From SAR324 cluster bacterium REDSEA-S27_B3 (GTDB taxonomy: Bacteria; SAR324; NAC60-12), in NCBI GenBank assembly GCA_001627865.1, contig LUQO01000003.1, forward strand, positions 38,092 to 102,091: a DNA stretch of 64,000 nt, given 5' to 3'. Below, piece by piece: positions 60,774-64,000 of this stretch. The stretch's first letter is position 1. Each line of letters opens with the position of its first letter. The position numbers and the translations under genes were made by a program. A model generated the notes under the pieces. The model was not told where the DNA came from and did no database searches. It was given only the letters and a program-made list of their open reading frames with translations.

Positions 60774-61880
60774 TTATTGTTTAAGCAGTAAAGTGAATTC
60801 TACTCTCCTGTTTTTGGCCCATGCACTTTTGCTGGAATGACGTACTAGCGGAAATTCTTCACCATAACTGATGATCCGGGTAAGCTCCGGATTGCTAAGA
60901 TAGGCCATGATCGCGTTAGCAATTGAATTTGCCCGACGATGCCCCAAAGCCATGTTGTATTCGTCGCTTCCCCTTTCATCGGCATGTCCTTCAATCTGAA
61001 AAATCATATCACCGCGTGTTTCCAGTGCCCGCATGACGCAGGAACTTTGCTGGGTAAGCAGTTTTCTGTAATCAGGTTTAATTTTTGTCTGATCAAAGTC
61101 AAAATGGACAACAGGCATTAAGCGGTCATTTTTCCTGTCCCTTAGTCTTCTGTCTGCAATGATTAAATCCTTTGTTTTCTGCAGACGCTGATAAATAGCT
61201 TCCATTGTTTCAGGCACCTTGCTGCAAGCCACCAGCTTTTTGGCGGAGGACAGGGCCAAAGGTGATTCTGGCATGAACATTAGCTGTTCCGGTTCTTGCT
61301 GTGCAGAAGCAATCACAGCCGTTTTTTTTGGTAATTGTTCTTCAGATTCCTGCTGCGGTACACTCTCTTCTGTTTGCTGTACCGTTTCCTGAGATGCTAC
61401 TTGAGAAGTTTCTTCAGTTGATACTTGTTGTGAGGGTTGTTGTGAGGGTTGTTGTGGTTCTTCCTCTTCTGCTTGCTGAGAAGTGTCCTGTGATTTTTCT
61501 TCTGATGTATTTACTGCAGACCCAACTTCAACTTTCTGTGGTTCATGCTCTAAGTCTTCCGAAGCACTCTCATCTGTCTTTGCTGCCAGCTGACTTTCAT
61601 CAGCGGCAGCCGAGGTTTCTGTTTCTTCTGCCTCTGCGGCAGCCTCTTCTTTCAGGAGCTCCTTTAGAATCTGTTCCTGCTGTTTTTCCTGTTCTTCAAT
61701 TTTTTTCTTATGTTCAAGGTCCTTCTGTGCTTCATCAAGAACTTCTTTTATTTCTTCTTTGATTTCTTCTGTTACTTCTTCTTTTTTTTCCTCAACTTCA
61801 GCAGGAGGCTCAGGACTGGTCGCGGCACAGCCAATTAAAAACAAGGGAAGAAACACAAAGTAAACAGCAACAATTTTCAT
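60774..61880 (-). CDS. pal: Pal-type OmpA-domain lipoprotein with about 200-aa acidic linker
   Basis: Lipobox LIG-C; HFDFD, IEGHADERGSDEYNMALG-RRA, SYGEE, NRRVEF. Confidence 0.75.
   Translation of the reverse strand: MKIVAVYFVFLPLFLIGCAATSPEPPAEVEEKKEEVTEEIKEEIKEVLDEAQKDLEHKKKIEEQEKQQEQILKELLKEEAAAEAEETETSAAADESQLAAKTDESASEDLEHEPQKVEVGSAVNTSEEKSQDTSQQAEEEEPQQPSQQPSQQVSTEETSQVASQETVQQTEESVPQQESEEQLPKKTAVIASAQQEPEQLMFMPESPLALSSAKKLVACSKVPETMEAIYQRLQKTKDLIIADRRLRDRKNDRLMPVVHFDFDQTKIKPDYRKLLTQQSSCVMRALETRGDMIFQIEGHADERGSDEYNMALGHRRANSIANAIMAYLSNPELTRIISYGEEFPLVRHSSKSAWAKNRRVEFTLLLKQ
61425..61456 (-). repeat. in-frame 12-bp tandem repeat (QQPS) in the Pal linker
   Basis: TTGTTGTGAGGG x2 plus a partial copy on the + strand. 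Confidence 0.8.
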
Positions 61881-62413
61881 CGATCGTTCAGTTGATTAAA
61901 AACTTTTTGTGCATACTTATTTCAGGCAGATCAAACCATTAAAGCAATTTGGTTGTTTTTGCAAGATTAGAAATGAACAAGACTAACTCAGATATTGCTT
62001 TATTGCAACGTATATCAGTTATGTGAACTGAAAAAAATATAATGTGTTGTTTAAAACATTCAGACACTATTTTACTGATTATTCATCAGTGTTGAAAACG
62101 AAAAAATCGGACAGATAATCAGGTCATAAATCAAGGATTCGCATCCTTCCATTTTCACTTTCAATAATCAGCCCCATACATTGTCATCTTTGCCTACTTT
62201 TTCATGTACAAATTAATTATGGAAAAATGTTCAATTTAAAGGCAAATCCTGTTACTATGGTACTATTTTTATTGATCTAATTCAGTTTACAAAAACCGTG
62301 CATTTTATGGCAAATTATTCTTGACTTTTTCTCTTAAAATGTGTAGAAAATGCGCTTAAAGATTAAAAAGAAAAATCATGATTATTTGTAAATACTATTT
62401 GTCAACAATATCA

Positions 62414-64000
62414 ATGTTTTTCTCAATGAAAAATTTCTTGTTCTTCAAACCATTATTTTTCAAGTTTTTTGCCATTATTTTCCTGCTGACCGGAACGTGT
62501 TTCAACTCACTTAACGCGGAGTATTTAAGCCGCAGCCGACCTGAACCGGAGCTGCGTGAGCGCATTCATAAAATTCTGCGCAAAGCATTGCGCGAAGAAT
62601 ACATTGACGTGTCAGTCATGTTGCATTCTGTACTGGATAATGAGCCTGTTAAAAAAGACAGTGATCTGCTTCCAGGAGTAAAAATAACCACAGACGAAAA
62701 GGATGTGCAAACACTGCTCAATTATCGAACAATCATTCTGACTGTAAACAAATCAGTAAATCTGGATCAGATTGAAATGCGAGTCCGTTCAGAAGTTTCG
62801 GAATTAAACTCACAGGATAGATTTGATCAGTCGGTTGTTCTGGAGAAGTTAAAGATTGAGCGTCCGGATTTTTCATCAAAACTTGTTGAATACGTAAACC
62901 TGCTGGTTGCGGCAAGAGCTGATTTGAACAGTGATGAACCTGCATTAGCCCAGGAAAAACTCAAGCAGGCGGCAAGTATCAGCGCGGTCTTCCCTCCCGG
63001 TTATGAAATGCTTGGGGTTGAAGAGTTAATTCCGGAATATAAACCTGAGGGTACGGACGCAATCACACCTGCACAATGGGGCATATTGGGAACACTGGCA
63101 ATTTTGCTGCTTCTTACACTGGCGTTGTTTTTCTTTGTTTCACGCAGTACACGTGAAAAAGAGGACAAGGAACATCCACTGCAGGGAACGCTGGGGAAAG
63201 TTGCTACTGCCATTGAGGCCATGGCTCCGGAAGAAGAGGAAGAGGAAGAAGAACTGGATCTTCCTGAAGATGAGGCAGAAGGAGATGATGAAGAAAAAAT
63301 TGATTATTTTGGCTTTGTGCGCAAGATGCCGGCAAGACTTCGTGTGAATTTACTTCAGGAAATTGAACCTGACAGGCAGGCCATGGTTTTCAGTCAAATG
63401 GACCCCGGTGATATGGCTGATATCCTCAAGGAACTTCCTGTTGAGGATTCTCTGGCAATTGTGCTTTCAATGAAGGATGTTAGCGTTTCACCCAGTGAGC
63501 TGGAAAAACTGGCGGAAGAGTTGGCAGAAACAGCCAAGAAACTGCCGCTTACATTCGATGGTCTAGGACGTATCGGGGAACTTTCCGGTCAGGTCAGTTC
63601 CGAACAATGGAATAACATTCTCGAGAGTGCAAGCGAATTACAGAAAAAAAATCCGGAACTGGCAAAAAGCGCCTCTGAAGCCATGGATAAAATCCGGGAA
63701 CGCAGTCTCTCTTTTGAAGAATTGCAAAGCAGCGAAGATATTGATGAATCATTGGTTGCCAGGGTGATGGAACGTTTTGAACGCTCCAGATTAAGCACCG
63801 GAGCCAGAGTTTCTGTTCCGTACCTGCTGCTTGATGCTGATTCTTCGGTGTCAGAAAAAATTATGAAGGAATACACGGAAGAAACACGGCAGTATTATCA
63901 GGAACAAATGCAGGGTTATGAAAAACAGCGTGAAGAAGATGAAGCAGACAAGGAACGGATTGAAATTCTACGGGATCTTCACCGCAACGTTTTCATGCGT
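62414..64000 (+). CDS. membrane-anchored FliG-like protein (signal, periplasmic RBM-like domain, TM, FliG_M and FliG_C), truncated by the window end
   Basis: Hand-translated frame open for 529 codons to the window end (alternative ATGs at 62378 and 62426); TM WGILGTLAILLLLTLALFFFV; FGFVRKMPARLRVNLLQEIEPDRQAMVFSQMDPGDMADILKELP and NPELA...IRERSLSFEEL align by eye to FliG. Confidence 0.75.
   Translation, partial: MFFSMKNFLFFKPLFFKFFAIIFLLTGTCFNSLNAEYLSRSRPEPELRERIHKILRKALREEYIDVSVMLHSVLDNEPVKKDSDLLPGVKITTDEKDVQTLLNYRTIILTVNKSVNLDQIEMRVRSEVSELNSQDRFDQSVVLEKLKIERPDFSSKLVEYVNLLVAARADLNSDEPALAQEKLKQAASISAVFPPGYEMLGVEELIPEYKPEGTDAITPAQWGILGTLAILLLLTLALFFFVSRSTREKEDKEHPLQGTLGKVATAIEAMAPEEEEEEEELDLPEDEAEGDDEEKIDYFGFVRKMPARLRVNLLQEIEPDRQAMVFSQMDPGDMADILKELPVEDSLAIVLSMKDVSVSPSELEKLAEELAETAKKLPLTFDGLGRIGELSGQVSSEQWNNILESASELQKKNPELAKSASEAMDKIRERSLSFEELQSSEDIDESLVARVMERFERSRLSTGARVSVPYLLLDADSSVSEKIMKEYTEETRQYYQEQMQGYEKQREEDEADKERIEILRDLHRNVFMR

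Noticed and set aside
59666-61880. Zorya-type anti-phage MotAB system
   Set aside because: The TolQ lacks the long ZorA tail, the partner is ExbD/TolR-type, the OmpA domain is on a lipoprotein, and no ZorC/D/E genes are present
61881-62413. Sigma54 or sigma28 flagellar promoter, or ncRNA, in the divergent intergenic region
   Set aside because: No correctly spaced GG-N10-GC or TAAA-N15-GCCGATAA found; no convincing structure
62733-63876. Short track ORFs at the window end
   Set aside because: All are shadows of the long open frame that starts at 62414
1-64000. CRISPR array, rRNA, tRNA, transposase or integrase
   Set aside because: No regularly spaced repeats, cloverleaf or T-loop signatures, or DDE/tyrosine recombinase motifs were recognised by eye

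Overview
Mostly core chromosome of an AT-rich Gram-negative bacterium. Gene content and order (rplY-pth-ychF-rpsF-rpsR-rplI-dnaB, hslVU, hemA-hemC, pal-tolQ-tolR-lpxB-tldD) suggest a deltaproteobacteria-like lineage, possibly SAR324; this is inference only. A small accessory patch at about 1-5 kb holds a metallopeptidase C-terminus, a HEAT-like secreted protein, two paralogous EExxH proteins, a lipoprotein behind a C13 tract, and an MNT antitoxin with a frameshifted HepT toxin. The most notable signal is an ORF missing from the supplied track (62414 to the window end). It reads as signal peptide, a FliF-RBM3-like periplasmic domain, one TM helix, then FliG middle and C-terminal domains, and it sits head-to-head with a pal-tolQ-tolR unit that lacks tolA/tolB. 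Other signals are a P3-less (tungsten-cofactor type) Moco RNA before moaA, several apparent pseudoenzymes, a TerB/PilZ-like/DUF2225 fusion, a structured leader before a 535-aa lipoprotein and an unannotated 33-aa membrane peptide. No rRNA, tRNA, CRISPR array or transposase was recognised. All family calls are by eye from motifs; no searches were run.
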